NCBI GenBank assembly: GCA_040005235.1
Contig: JBDTZG010000002.1
Coordinates: 96,001 to 160,000 of the forward strand
Direction of reading: 5' to 3'
DNA: 64,000 nt
Origin: Acidobacteriota bacterium
GTDB lineage: Bacteria; Acidobacteriota; Thermoanaerobaculia; Multivoradales; UBA5704
Under the pieces are notes generated by a model, which saw only the letters and a list, made by a program, of their open reading frames with translations, had not been told where the DNA came from and ran no database searches. The translations under genes were made by a program, and so were the position numbers. Shown one piece after another: positions 20,812 through 31,137 of the stretch (within the stretch, counting starts at the first letter, position 1; the number at the start of each line of letters is the position of its first letter).

Positions 20812-22152
20812 ATGACTCCCGAGCTTCGCGCGCTTCTCGAGTTGACCAACCCCTGGCTGAGCGATCCGTTTGCCGCTCAGGGGGCCGCGCAGCGTCGTGG
20901 GCCTCTAAACCTGCTGTCCCGCGCCGCCGCGCCGGGTCTGGCCGCGGCGCTTGAGGACCGACGCCGGGCTCATCTGGTGATCGGCCCGCGCCAGGCCGGC
21001 AAGAGCACGCTGGTTTGGTCGTTGCTCTCGGCGCGACCGCAGTCCTTGCTCTTCCTCAACTGTGAGGAGACTCTGATCCGGCAGTGGTGCGTTTCCCCGG
21101 CGCTCTTCGTCGGCGACATGGCCGAATGGCTGCCGGAGGACGGCGTCCTTTTTTTGGAAGAGGCGCAGTGGCTGGACGAGGCGGGACTCTTCCTCAAGGG
21201 GCTGGTCGATGCCCAGACAGGCCGGCGGATCGTCGTCACCGGCAGCTCGTCGTATCACCTGCTCGCGCGCACCCGAGAATCTCTGGCAGGGCGAGCCACC
21301 CGCCACGCGCTGTGGCCGCTGTCCCTTCGCGAAGTCGTCCCGACGGATTCGCATTCCAGTCCGGCGGCATTTCGGCGCGCCCGTCGGGAGGCGATGGAGC
21401 GGCAGCTCCTGGTCGGCGGGTACCCTGAGGTGTGGACATCGCGGAACGCGGAGTCCGTCTTACAGGAGCTGCTTACCGCCTTCGTGCTGCGCGATGCGTC
21501 CGACCGCTTCCGCATCGAACGGCCGGATGCGTTTCGCCTGCTTCTCCGCCTGTTGGCGGGGCAGGTCGGCGACGTCGGGAGCTTCTCGGAGTGGTCGCAC
21601 ATCCTGGGGATCGCCGTCTCCACGGTCTCCGACTACGTTGCCCTGCTGGAAGAGACGCACCTCGTCCGGCGGGTTCGCCCCTTCATCGGCGGCAAGCGGG
21701 CGGAGCTCACCCAGGCGCCTCGGTTCTACTTTCTCGACAACGGCCTGCGCAACCTACTCGTCGGCGGGCTCACGCACCTCGAAGAGCGAGCCGACATCGG
21801 CAAACTGATGGAGAACTGGGTCGCTTCGGAGCTTCACAAGCGCTATCCGGAGCCCGGAGAGGTGCGTTATTGGCGGACGACCGGCGGAGCCGAAGTGGAC
21901 TTCGTTCTCGAGCCCCGGCCGGGCGTCTTGGTGGGCATTGAGGTCAAGGCGCGTACCGGAGGCACCCTGAAGCTCACGCGCTCGATGCACAGTTTCATCG
22001 AGGCCTACCAACCGCGCCGCATGCTCCTGGTTCATCGCGGCGAACCGGAACGGCAGGAGATCGGAACCACCGAGGTGCTCGCGGTGCCCGCCGAACTGCT
22101 TCCGGAAGCGCTCGACGAGCTGGCCGAATTCGGTTCGGAAAAGGGGCGCTGA
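20812..22152 (+). CDS. AAA_14 / DUF4143 ATPase
   Basis: GPRQAGKS, VVTGSS, ESLAGR, FYFLDNGLRN, YWRT..GAEVDF. Confidence 0.9.
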   Translation: MTPELRALLELTNPWLSDPFAAQGAAQRRGPLNLLSRAAAPGLAAALEDRRRAHLVIGPRQAGKSTLVWSLLSARPQSLLFLNCEETLIRQWCVSPALFVGDMAEWLPEDGVLFLEEAQWLDEAGLFLKGLVDAQTGRRIVVTGSSSYHLLARTRESLAGRATRHALWPLSLREVVPTDSHSSPAAFRRARREAMERQLLVGGYPEVWTSRNAESVLQELLTAFVLRDASDRFRIERPDAFRLLLRLLAGQVGDVGSFSEWSHILGIAVSTVSDYVALLEETHLVRRVRPFIGGKRAELTQAPRFYFLDNGLRNLLVGGLTHLEERADIGKLMENWVASELHKRYPEPGEVRYWRTTGGAEVDFVLEPRPGVLVGIEVKARTGGTLKLTRSMHSFIEAYQPRRMLLVHRGEPERQEIGTTEVLAVPAELLPEALDELAEFGSEKGR

Positions 22153-22403
22153 CGTTCGGCGGCAGGGTAACGGCAGGTCTGCCACTTAATCGAAGTTGAA
22201 AATGACTCGAAGAGTGCATAGCATCCGGCCACGGGATGAAGTGCTAAAGCCCTACAGCCGAATAAGGAGATCCCCATGCGCAAAACGCTAGTCTCCGCTG
22301 TCGTGGCAGGTTCACTCGCAATCGCTCCGGCGGCTTGGGCGGCGGCCGGCGGCGCTTTCGTGGCCCACGGTCGGTCCTTCAGATTTGTTCGCAGGACCCG
22401 CCC

Positions 22404-23462
22404 TCAGATCAAACCGCGCTCGGATAGCTCGGCCTTCAGGAAAGCGTAGTAGATCGGCGCGGCGATCACCCCCGCCAAGCCGAAAGCGGACTCCATCAGC
22501 AGGATCGCGAGCAGAAGCTCCCAGGCGCTCGCCTTGATCTGGGTACCGACGATCCGGGCGTTCAGGAAATATTCGAGCTTGTGGATCACGGCCAGGAAGC
22601 CGAGCGAGCCTAGGGCGGCGCCCAACGAGTAGGACAGGCTCACGACGACGATGAACGTGTTCGAGATCAGGTTGCCTACCACCGGCACGAGCCCCGCGAT
22701 GAAGGTCACTCCGATCAGCGTCTTGGTGAGCGGCAAGTGGACCCCGAACATCGGCAGGACCACGGCCAGATAGATGGCGGTGAGGGCGGTGTTCAAGGCG
22801 GAGATTCGTACCTGGGCGAAGACGACGCGGCGGAACGCGTCGCCCAAATGTTCGGCACGGTCGGTGAGCGCCTTGGCGAGGGGAGCCCGCTTACCGTGCT
22901 CCAGCGTCTCGTACAGCGAAATCAAGGCGCCGAGGATCATTCCGATCAGCGCATGAAGAAACGTCTTGCCGAGGTTTGTGCTGAGGGTCTTGACCACATC
23001 GGCATGTTCGCGCAGCCAGGAGACCGCCGTGTGCTTTAGCTCGGCCGCATTGTCGGGGATTTGGGTCGCCAGCCAATCCGGCAGCTGCTCCTTCGACTTC
23101 TCCAGCACGTCGGCCATCTTCGCGAGCAGAGCGGCGAGGCTCCCTTGGTCGCTGCGAAAAAACGCGAACGTGCCGATCACGATCAGGGCCAGCAGGGCGA
23201 TCACGATCGCCGAAAGAAGCGTTACCGCCAAAGCCCGCCGCAGCCCTCGACCTTTTTGCAGGAACCTCAGCTTTCCCGCGATCAGATGGACCAGCTCATA
23301 CACCGCCAACCCGCCCAAAAGGGCCGACAGCAGATGGAGCCGAAGCACCAGGTACAGGCCGATCGCGGCCAGAATCCAAGCCGCGATCTCGGTCGAGGTC
23401 GGGCGCGGGAGGGGGGCGGCCGGGGCGGAGATAGGGGGCGCCGTGCTCTTCGTGGTGGCCAT
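22404..23462 (-). CDS. AI-2E-family transporter
   Basis: Multi-TM; AQVRISALNT, GLVPVVGNLISN, HKLEYFLN. Confidence 0.9.
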   Translation of the reverse strand: MATTKSTAPPISAPAAPLPRPTSTEIAAWILAAIGLYLVLRLHLLSALLGGLAVYELVHLIAGKLRFLQKGRGLRRALAVTLLSAIVIALLALIVIGTFAFFRSDQGSLAALLAKMADVLEKSKEQLPDWLATQIPDNAAELKHTAVSWLREHADVVKTLSTNLGKTFLHALIGMILGALISLYETLEHGKRAPLAKALTDRAEHLGDAFRRVVFAQVRISALNTALTAIYLAVVLPMFGVHLPLTKTLIGVTFIAGLVPVVGNLISNTFIVVVSLSYSLGAALGSLGFLAVIHKLEYFLNARIVGTQIKASAWELLLAILLMESAFGLAGVIAAPIYYAFLKAELSERGLI

Positions 23463-23533
23463 CGCTCCAAACATTATGCAGCAGAAACATTATGTAGCTG
23501 CTACATAGTCTTCGGCAAGCTGCCGAACCCAGC

Positions 23534-24163
23534 TCACTTCTTCGCCGGCAAAAGCTCCAGCGTCTTCTCGTCGAACGGGGGAGTGTCCTGGCCGGTGCGG
23601 ACGAAGAGAACTTTCTGCACCCCGCTCTTCGGGTGCGTTTCCCAGTATTGGATCGAGTCGTACACGTCGCCCCATTCGCCGCAGGGGGGGTCGGGGATTT
23701 CGCCCGGCACGTTCTTGGCCGCCTCTTCCTTGGCGTAGGCGGGGTTCGGTACGAAGGCGTAGCGGGCGACTCCGGCCGGCACTTTGTGCTCCCGGAAGGG
23801 GGCGAGAACGCATCTTTTGGCGAGCGCGGGTTCGGTGCGGGCCGCGTAAAGGCGACGCAGTCCGGCCTCGGGAGCCTCGCCGGGTAGCAGGTCAAACACC
23901 TCGACCACCCGATCGGGCGCGCCCGCGGGATCGGTGTAACGCACGGCAAGAGCGCCCGGCACCTTGAGGAAATCGATCTTGGTGTATCCGAGATCGCACC
24001 GCTCCACCCAGGCCGCCAACCCTAGGTCGGCGTCGGAGAAGCGCTCCCATTTGCACCCTTCCTGGGCGGGACGTGAGGGTTGGGTGACCGGCCGAGCAGG
24101 AAGGGCGAAAGCGGCCAGGGCGAGCGCTAGGGCTGCGGAACGTGTGAATCGAAGCATGGACAT
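23534..24163 (-). CDS. Secreted hypothetical protein
   Basis: Signal peptide; 4 Cys; coding-like codon usage. Confidence 0.7.
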   Translation of the reverse strand: MSMLRFTRSAALALALAAFALPARPVTQPSRPAQEGCKWERFSDADLGLAAWVERCDLGYTKIDFLKVPGALAVRYTDPAGAPDRVVEVFDLLPGEAPEAGLRRLYAARTEPALAKRCVLAPFREHKVPAGVARYAFVPNPAYAKEEAAKNVPGEIPDPPCGEWGDVYDSIQYWETHPKSGVQKVLFVRTGQDTPPFDEKTLELLPAKK

Positions 24164-24263
24164 CCTTCCAGTGAGAAAACTTCAGACGGGAAGGAGCTTG
24201 CAGGAATCGATCCCGCGAAGCTAGCTCGGGCGCTTTTTGGACCGGAACCGATCGACCGTTTGC

Positions 24264-24767
24264 CTACGAAGCGTTCTCGGCTTCGGCCTTGATCACCGCG
24301 GGACGCCCCGGAGCCGCGACGGTCGGGAAGCGGAGCCGGCGGCGACGATCCACCAGGTCGACGAACGGGCCGGGCTGCTCGGGCGCTTGGCGCAGGATCG
24401 CGGCGAAAACCCGGATCAGCAATATCCCGCCGGGGACGTCCGGAGGGATCGAAGCGAGGCTCGCTACTCGCGGGGCGAGGGGCGGAATCTCGTCGGCCCT
24501 GTGCAGGTACAGCAGCGCGAGGCCCAGCTCCAGATAGGCATCGGCAGCGAACAGCAGGTCGCCCGTCGTCTCGAACGTGATCGCGGCGCGCTCGAACAGC
24601 GAGACGGCGCGGGAGTGATCACCCTCCTCGGAGGCGCGCTCGCCGCGGAGCATGAGCCCTTCGGCGAAGCGTCGCGAGAGTGGCTCCGCAGCCGAGTCAC
24701 CCGGCCGCGAACCGCTCGATGGCGAGGGACGACGGTTCCCGGCAAAGGGAAGCGGAGCATCGTCCAT
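24264..24767 (-). CDS. Hypothetical TPR-like helical protein
   Basis: AVSLFERAAITFETTGDLLFAADAYLELG; start uncertain. Confidence 0.55.
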   Translation of the reverse strand: MDDAPLPFAGNRRPSPSSGSRPGDSAAEPLSRRFAEGLMLRGERASEEGDHSRAVSLFERAAITFETTGDLLFAADAYLELGLALLYLHRADEIPPLAPRVASLASIPPDVPGGILLIRVFAAILRQAPEQPGPFVDLVDRRRRLRFPTVAAPGRPAVIKAEAENAS

Positions 24768-24946
24768 AAGAAGAGATGATAAATCACGCAACGCTCCGCG
24801 ATGTCGCAACCGGGCGAAAAGGGGTGCCTGAGGGGTCTTTTTAGCGAATTTTGTTGCCGCTGAAGCGGAACGAGGGTTCTCTGAAGGAACCTCGGGCTCG
24901 CCAGGCGTGCCACAGGGTGCCTTTGCGCAAATTTTTGCGCCCCGGT

Positions 24947-25420
24947 TCAACGCCCTCGCGCCGTCTTGATCGCTGCGGTGGCCTCCCGGTCCGCTTCCTT
25001 CTTTCGCTCGGTCTCGCGCTTGTCGTAGAGCTTCTTGCCCTGGGCGAGGACGACCTCCACCTTGATCCAATTTCCCTTCAGGTAGAACGAGAGCGGGATC
25101 ACGGTCAGCCCCTGGAGCTGCGTCCTGCCGTACAGCTTGTCCAGCTCGCGGCGCGAGAGCAGCAGCCGGCGGGGGCGCTCGGGAGGGTGATTTTCCCGGT
25201 TGCCGTGGCTGTAGGGGCTGATATGCGCGCCCACCAGGTACGCCTGGCCGTTCCGGAACTCGACGAAGCTGTCGCGCAGCTGGACCTTGCCCGCCCGCGC
25301 CGCTTTGACCTCCGTGCCGGTCAGCTCCAGGCCCGCCTCGAAGCTTTCGAGGATCTGATATTCGTGCGTTGCCCGCTTGTTCGAGGCGAGCGAACGGATC
25401 GCGTCCTTGGGGTTCGTCAT
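24947..25420 (-). CDS. smpB: SsrA-binding protein
   Basis: NKRATHEY, EAGLELTGTEVK, GKKLYDKR. Confidence 0.97.
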   Translation of the reverse strand: MTNPKDAIRSLASNKRATHEYQILESFEAGLELTGTEVKAARAGKVQLRDSFVEFRNGQAYLVGAHISPYSHGNRENHPPERPRRLLLSRRELDKLYGRTQLQGLTVIPLSFYLKGNWIKVEVVLAQGKKLYDKRETERKKEADREATAAIKTARGR

Positions 25421-25470
25421 GGCCGGCGCAGTCTACCAGGGGGGCCGAGCCTGCTAGGATCTGCCGACCG

Positions 25471-26031
25471 ATGAGATCGAGATCGGCGCTTTGTTGCGCT
25501 CTCCTGTTCCTGCTTCCCGGGTTGCTCGGCTCGCTCGCCCGGGCCCAAGGCCAGATCCGGGTGTTGCGGGCAACCGTCGAAGGCGATCAGGTGCTCGTCT
25601 CGTTCCGCCTCGATGGGGGGATCGACCGCGGCCTGCTCGAACGGATCGACACCGGCCTCGCGACCAAGATCGTCTACGAGCTGGAGCTGGCCCGGGACCG
25701 CAAACGCTGGTACGACCAGGGGTTGGAACGCAACACGCTCGAAATCACCGCCATGTACGACGCGGTCGCGCGGGAGACCAACCTCCATTTCCGCCTCGGC
25801 GGCGAGCTGATCGAGAGCAAGACCGTGCGCGATCGGCCGGCCCTGCTCGACGCGCTGCGAAAGATCGAGCGGGTCCCCGTGTTCCGCACCCGAGAGCTCA
25901 CCCCCGGGGTTCGTTACCTGGTGCTCGCCCGGGCGATCCTCGGCTCGCGCATGGTGCTCGCGATCATCCCTACCGACGTGCGCACCGATTGGGCGGAATC
26001 GAACAAATTCCGGCCGCCGGCCGTCCCATAA
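25471..26031 (+). CDS. DUF4390-like exported protein
   Basis: Signal peptide; position upstream of an NtrY-like kinase is typical for this family. Confidence 0.7.
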   Translation: MRSRSALCCALLFLLPGLLGSLARAQGQIRVLRATVEGDQVLVSFRLDGGIDRGLLERIDTGLATKIVYELELARDRKRWYDQGLERNTLEITAMYDAVARETNLHFRLGGELIESKTVRDRPALLDALRKIERVPVFRTRELTPGVRYLVLARAILGSRMVLAIIPTDVRTDWAESNKFRPPAVP

Positions 26032-26043
26032 GGCGAACGCCCA

Positions 26044-28326
26044 TTGAGTCTGCGCGATCGGCTCTACGAGCAGGGCAAGAACACGCGGACGCTGTTGTTC
26101 GGCTTGGTCGGCCTGCTGTTCGTCTTCACCGCCATTTTCTATCTGCTGGAGCGCGACCGGGAGATGCCGGCCTACCTGGTGACCAACCGGGTGCTGCTGT
26201 TCGTCCTCTGGTACGTCAACGTCGTCCTGATCCTCGCGATTCTGTTCGTCCTGCTGCGCGATCTGTTCAAGCTATTCCTCGAACGGCGCCACCGCATCCT
26301 CGGATCGAAGCTCAAGACCAAGCTGGTCGCCACCTATATCGGCCTGTCGCTGTTTCCGGTGCTGACCCTGTTCGTGATCGCCACCGAGCTGCTCCAGGGC
26401 TCGATCGACCGTTGGTTCGCTACACCGGTCCGTCCGGTGCTCGAACAGGGCAATGCCGTCGCCCAGGCGTTGATCGACCGGATTCAAGGATCGTGCGCCT
26501 CGGCGGCCCGGCGCGCGCTGGTCGATCTCGGCACGGTCGATCTGTCGCGCGATGCGGAACGCGAACGGCTCGCCGAGCGGCTGCGCTCGATGCTCGCCGA
26601 GAACGACCTCGATTTCCTCGCGGTCTACGAAGGGACCGATTTCGTCCAGGGGGTGGTCGATTCCCGGTCCGGGATCTCCGACCTGCCCGAGCCGGGGCGC
26701 GATCTGCTCGGCGAGGCGGCGACCGAAGGGCGCGCGGTGCGCACCGTCGAGCCCCCCGGGGGGCGCGGCCGGCTAATCCTGGCGGCGGTCTCAGGTCTCC
26801 CCGCCGCCGATCCGGATGCGAGCGATTCCGGTACCGCCGGCGCCGCGACGAAACCGGATGCGGCGAAGAAAGATCCGCTCGCCCCCGATCCGGTCGAACC
26901 GAAGCCGCGCATCGTGGTCGCCGGCTCGCTGCTCGATCCGGTCCTCGCCGAGCGCACCGAGCGGCTGATCGAGGCGTTCCAGACCTACCGCCAACTTGAG
27001 GTGCAGAAGGAAGATCTGCGCGCGAGCCACCTGCTGATCTTCCTGATGGTGACGCTGCTGATCCTGCTCGCTTCGACCTGGACGGGGCTCTATCTCGCCC
27101 GGCGGGTGACGGTGCCGATCTTGGCGCTCGCCGAAGGGACGCGGCGGATCAGCGACGGCGACCTCGACCACCGGGTGGAGGTGCCGGCCGACGACGAGCT
27201 CGGCGTCCTGGTCGCCTCGTTCAACCGGATGACCGAAGAGCTACAGCGCAGCAACCGGGCGCTCCAAACCACCAATGAGCGGCTTGCCGAAGAGCGCGCC
27301 CTGGTCGCCGCGGTGCTCGAAAACGTCGCCGCCGGCATTGTCTCGATCGACGGGACGGGCCGGATTTTCACCTGCAACGGCGCGGCGCTCCAGATGCTCC
27401 ACCAGAGCGAGGACGAAGTCGTCGGGCGGACGGCCGCCGAGGCGTGGAGCGACCCCGAGCGGAGCAAGCTTGCGGCCCTGCTCGCGAGCCTTCCCGAGCC
27501 GCAAGCCGGCCGGGACCGTCGCTCCGCGCGCGAGGTGCAAATGGTGGTCGGCGGCGACTGGAAGACCTTCGACGTAAAGGTGACACCGATCCGCGACGCC
27601 GCCGGCTCGCGCGGCCGGGTGCTGGTGCTTGAAGACCTGACCGAGCTGATCCAGGCGCAGCAGTTGGCGGCGTGGAACGAGGCGGCGCGCCGGGTTGCGC
27701 ACGAGATCAAAAATCCGCTGACACCGATCCGTCTGGGGGCCGAGCGCCTGCTCGAAAAGCACCGGCGCGGCGACCCGCTCATCGGCCCGGCGATCGAAGA
27801 GGCGGCCGACATCATCGTCCGCGAGGTGGAAAACCTCCAGGGCATGGTCGACGAGTTTTCGCGCTACGCCCGGATGCCCCGGCCGCTACCGGCGCAGCTC
27901 GACCTCGCGAAATTGATCGACGAGACCTGCCATCTGTATCGGGACGTGAAAGTGGGCGTGCCGGTGGTGTGCGAGACCGTCGGTGAGCCTCTTCCCGCGG
28001 TCTGGCTGGATGGCGAACAGATCCGCCGCGCCCTGATCAACCTGATCGACAACGGCGTCGAGGCGACCGACCCGCCGGGTCAGGTGACCGTCTCGGTCGA
28101 AGTGACCGAGGGGCATCTGGAGATCCACGTCGCGGACACCGGCCGCGGCATCCCGGCGGCGGCCAAAGACAAACTGTTCCTGCCCTATTTCTCGACCAAA
28201 GGGAGAGGCACCGGCATGGGGCTCGCGATCGTCCACCGGATCGTCACCGACCACCACGGAACGCTCCGGGTCGAAGACAACCGGCCGACGGGAAGTGTGT
28301 TTACGATCGAGTTGCCGCTCGGGTGA
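26044..28326 (+). CDS. NtrY-like HAMP-PAS sensor histidine kinase
   Basis: TMs; HAMP; ARRVAHEIKNPLTPI; DTGRGI; GTGMGL. Confidence 0.92.
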   Translation: MSLRDRLYEQGKNTRTLLFGLVGLLFVFTAIFYLLERDREMPAYLVTNRVLLFVLWYVNVVLILAILFVLLRDLFKLFLERRHRILGSKLKTKLVATYIGLSLFPVLTLFVIATELLQGSIDRWFATPVRPVLEQGNAVAQALIDRIQGSCASAARRALVDLGTVDLSRDAERERLAERLRSMLAENDLDFLAVYEGTDFVQGVVDSRSGISDLPEPGRDLLGEAATEGRAVRTVEPPGGRGRLILAAVSGLPAADPDASDSGTAGAATKPDAAKKDPLAPDPVEPKPRIVVAGSLLDPVLAERTERLIEAFQTYRQLEVQKEDLRASHLLIFLMVTLLILLASTWTGLYLARRVTVPILALAEGTRRISDGDLDHRVEVPADDELGVLVASFNRMTEELQRSNRALQTTNERLAEERALVAAVLENVAAGIVSIDGTGRIFTCNGAALQMLHQSEDEVVGRTAAEAWSDPERSKLAALLASLPEPQAGRDRRSAREVQMVVGGDWKTFDVKVTPIRDAAGSRGRVLVLEDLTELIQAQQLAAWNEAARRVAHEIKNPLTPIRLGAERLLEKHRRGDPLIGPAIEEAADIIVREVENLQGMVDEFSRYARMPRPLPAQLDLAKLIDETCHLYRDVKVGVPVVCETVGEPLPAVWLDGEQIRRALINLIDNGVEATDPPGQVTVSVEVTEGHLEIHVADTGRGIPAAAKDKLFLPYFSTKGRGTGMGLAIVHRIVTDHHGTLRVEDNRPTGSVFTIELPLG

Positions 28327-28327
28327 G

Positions 28328-28416
28328 GGCGGGGACATCCTCCCTGCGGGCGGCTCCTCGTATCTCGCTTCGCTCAGACAGACTCGGAGCCGTCCTCGGA
28401 AAGATGTCCCCGTCCT
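28328..28416. terminator. Long interrupted hairpin between convergent genes
   Basis: GGGGACATC...GATGTCCCC outer stem; CGGCTCC...GGAGCCG inner stem. Confidence 0.5.
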
Positions 28417-28417
28417 C

Positions 28418-29869
28418 TTACGACGCGCCCCGGCCGAGCAGCACGACCGGAATCGTCTTCAACAGGATCTTCAAATCGAGCGAGGGCGACCAGGAGTCGA
28501 TGTATTCGAGGTCGAGCTCCATCCAGCGATCGAAATCGACGTTGTTCCGGCCGCTGATCTGCCACAGACAGGTGAGCCCCGGCTTCATCGACAGGCGCCG
28601 ACGCTGCCAGCGCTGGTAGCGGGCGACCTCGTCGGGGATCGGCGGACGCGGGCCGACCAGGCTCATGTCGCCGCGCAGCACGTTCCAGAGCTGGGGCAGT
28701 TCGTCGAGGCTGAATTTCCGCAGGAAGCGGCCGATCCAGGTGACGCGCGGGTCGCTCTTGAGCTTGAAGACCGGGCCGTTCATCTCGTTGAGATGCATCA
28801 GATCGCCCTGCTGCTCCTCGGCGCCGACCACCATGGTGCGGAACTTATAGAGCGTGAAGGCGCGGCCGTTCAAGCCGCAGCGGGTCTGGCGGAACAAGAC
28901 CGCACCCCCCGAGGTGAGCCTAATCAGCAACGCAACCCCTGCCGCGATCGGCATCGCGAGCACCAGAAGGGAAGAGGCGACCACGATGTCGAGCGCCCGC
29001 TTGGTCATCAATTGCAGCGGATTGGTCGGCGCGGTGGCGAACGAGACCAGCGGCATGCCGTCCAGGTCTTCCAGCTCGACCCGCGCCCGCGTGTGGGGGA
29101 ACAAATTCATCGCGAACCGGGTGCGGATCCCCTGCTCTTGCAGCGACAGGAACAGATCCTCCAGGCGGTCCAGCTCTTTGCGGTGAACCGCGAAGATCAC
29201 GTCGTCGATCACCTGGTTTTCGACGATTTCCGGGATGTCCTCGATCCGGCCGACGATCCGGTAGCGGCGCGGCCAATCGGCGGGCAGCGGCTCGTTCTCG
29301 ACGAAGCCGAGGATGCGATACCCCCAGAACCGGTGCTGGTCGAGCGAGTCGGCGATCTGGAGCGCGCTGTCGTTGGTGCCGACGATCAGCACGGTCCGGT
29401 AGTTGAAGCCGCGGCTCCGCACGTAGCGCGAGGTGAGCCGGACGGCGATCTTCTCGGACAGCAGGAACAGCAGGGAAAACACCGCGAACAGCAGCACCCA
29501 CGAGCGGCTGACCCGGTCGGAGCCGAGAATCTCCTCGTCGATCCGCAGGGCGTAGAGCGAGAGGGTGAAGATCACCGATCCCGAGATGCAGATGCGGATG
29601 ATCGCCCACGCCTCGTCGAGCAGCGGCACCGTGCGGTGCGACCGGTAGCGGCCGGAGGAGAGGAGAAGCACGCCCCAGATCAGCAGGGCGAGCGGCAGCA
29701 GCGGCAGATAGGCCGAAAGCGGGTAGAGCCGGCTGGGGAAGGCGTGGGGCGCGATGTCGGGCAGGAGCCAGCTGCGAAACAGAAAAGCGCAGATGAACGC
29801 CCCGGCGACCAGGCCCAGATCGACCAGGAAAATGCCGACCGCGAGGATTCGTGCGCGTTCTTTGAGCAT
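28418..29869 (-). CDS. Polyprenyl glycosylphosphotransferase (WcaJ/WbaP-like)
   Basis: KFRTM, DPRVT, SLDELPQLWNVLRGDMSLVGPRP. Confidence 0.95.
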   Translation of the reverse strand: MLKERARILAVGIFLVDLGLVAGAFICAFLFRSWLLPDIAPHAFPSRLYPLSAYLPLLPLALLIWGVLLLSSGRYRSHRTVPLLDEAWAIIRICISGSVIFTLSLYALRIDEEILGSDRVSRSWVLLFAVFSLLFLLSEKIAVRLTSRYVRSRGFNYRTVLIVGTNDSALQIADSLDQHRFWGYRILGFVENEPLPADWPRRYRIVGRIEDIPEIVENQVIDDVIFAVHRKELDRLEDLFLSLQEQGIRTRFAMNLFPHTRARVELEDLDGMPLVSFATAPTNPLQLMTKRALDIVVASSLLVLAMPIAAGVALLIRLTSGGAVLFRQTRCGLNGRAFTLYKFRTMVVGAEEQQGDLMHLNEMNGPVFKLKSDPRVTWIGRFLRKFSLDELPQLWNVLRGDMSLVGPRPPIPDEVARYQRWQRRRLSMKPGLTCLWQISGRNNVDFDRWMELDLEYIDSWSPSLDLKILLKTIPVVLLGRGAS

Positions 29870-30012
29870 CTAGATTGGAGGGTCCCTTACCGACTCAGAA
29901 ACGAACCTTTGGGGATTTTAACGGATTGGGACGAGAAAGCGTCCAAATGGCGAAGAAGTGCCTTTCCTTTTTTTTAGATCCGATCGAGGTTTAGCCCTGC
30001 CAGTCCAAGATT

Positions 30013-31137
30013 TCACTCGAGCTTTTGACCCGCCAGCCTGGCGAATAGGGCGGCGTAGCGGTCGGCGACCGAATCCCAGGAGTACCGCTCGGCGGCCCGG
30101 GCGGCGGCCTGCTCGCGGAGCGCTGCGACCCCTTGCGGATGGGAGAGCGCCCACTCGATCTCGGCGGTCAACGTGAGCGGCCGATGGGCGTCGAACCGGC
30201 GCGCCGCCCCGTCCGCCACCTCGCGGTTCTCCGGCGTGTCGTGGAGCAGCACGCAGTTGCCGTAGCCCATCGCCTCGACCAGCGCCGGGTGGGTTCCGCC
30301 CACTTCCGTCGCGTGAATGTAGGCGAACGCATGGGCCAACAGCTCGCGGTATCCCTCGCCGTAGATCGGGCCGGGAAAGACGATCCGCGGGTCGGCATCG
30401 GTCGTGAAACTCGCGATGAAGCCCTGAGCGTAGGGCGCGCCGCCGACCATCACGAGCGGAAAATCGGTTCCTTGGTGGACTTGCGCGTAGGCCGCGGCCA
30501 CTCGATGCGGATTGTTCTCGGGCTCAAACCGGCTGACGTAGAGAAAATACCGCCGGGGCGAAAGACCCAGCCGCTTGAGTACGCCGGTCTCTAACGGCGG
30601 CCGGGGATCGACCCCGTAGGTGATCACGTCCGAGTCCGCCCCGTACCGGGCGAGATAGTGGGATCGGATGACCTCGGCGTCGGTGATCAACGCATCGGGC
30701 AAGAAACAGGCGAGCCGTTCCGACAGCGCATAGACCGCCCGCCCGAACGCGCCCCATTTCGCCCGCCGTTTCTCGATCCCGTCGACGTTCAGGGCGACCG
30801 GCGTTCCGGCGAGCAGCGGCAGAAACATCGCGTTCGCCGAGTTGACCATCAAGGCGGCATCGAACCCCTCGCGCCCGGCGTGCAGGCACGAGAGAAACGT
30901 ATGAACGGGCGTGTCCAAGTGCTTCGAGCGGATCGTCGGCAACACCACCAACCGCGCGCCGAGGTGTGATGCGAGGCCTTTCGGTATGTAATGAGACCGG
31001 CCATAGACCGTGACGTCGAACCCGCGCGCAATCAGCCGGGGCGCCAGCTCCTCCATCAAGGTCTCATAGCCGCCATAGCCCGCGGGAATGCCGCGGCTGC
31101 CGAGCAGGGCGACCCGGAGCGGCCTCGATCGCGTCAC
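30013..31137 (-). CDS. GT4 glycosyltransferase (DUF1972 type)
   Basis: GSRGIPAGYGGYET, NVDGIE, RFEPENN, EVGGTHPALVEAM. Confidence 0.9.
   Translation of the reverse strand: MTRSRPLRVALLGSRGIPAGYGGYETLMEELAPRLIARGFDVTVYGRSHYIPKGLASHLGARLVVLPTIRSKHLDTPVHTFLSCLHAGREGFDAALMVNSANAMFLPLLAGTPVALNVDGIEKRRAKWGAFGRAVYALSERLACFLPDALITDAEVIRSHYLARYGADSDVITYGVDPRPPLETGVLKRLGLSPRRYFLYVSRFEPENNPHRVAAAYAQVHQGTDFPLVMVGGAPYAQGFIASFTTDADPRIVFPGPIYGEGYRELLAHAFAYIHATEVGGTHPALVEAMGYGNCVLLHDTPENREVADGAARRFDAHRPLTLTAEIEWALSHPQGVAALREQAAARAAERYSWDSVADRYAALFARLAGQKLE

Noticed and set aside
22276-22450. Short ORF MRKTLVSAVVAGSLAIAPAAWA with RBS
   Set aside because: Looks like a signal-peptide stub running into the convergent AI-2E gene; no product can be supported.
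24770-24946. tmRNA (ssrA) beside smpB
   Set aside because: The gap is too short and has no tRNA-like ends or tag reading frame.
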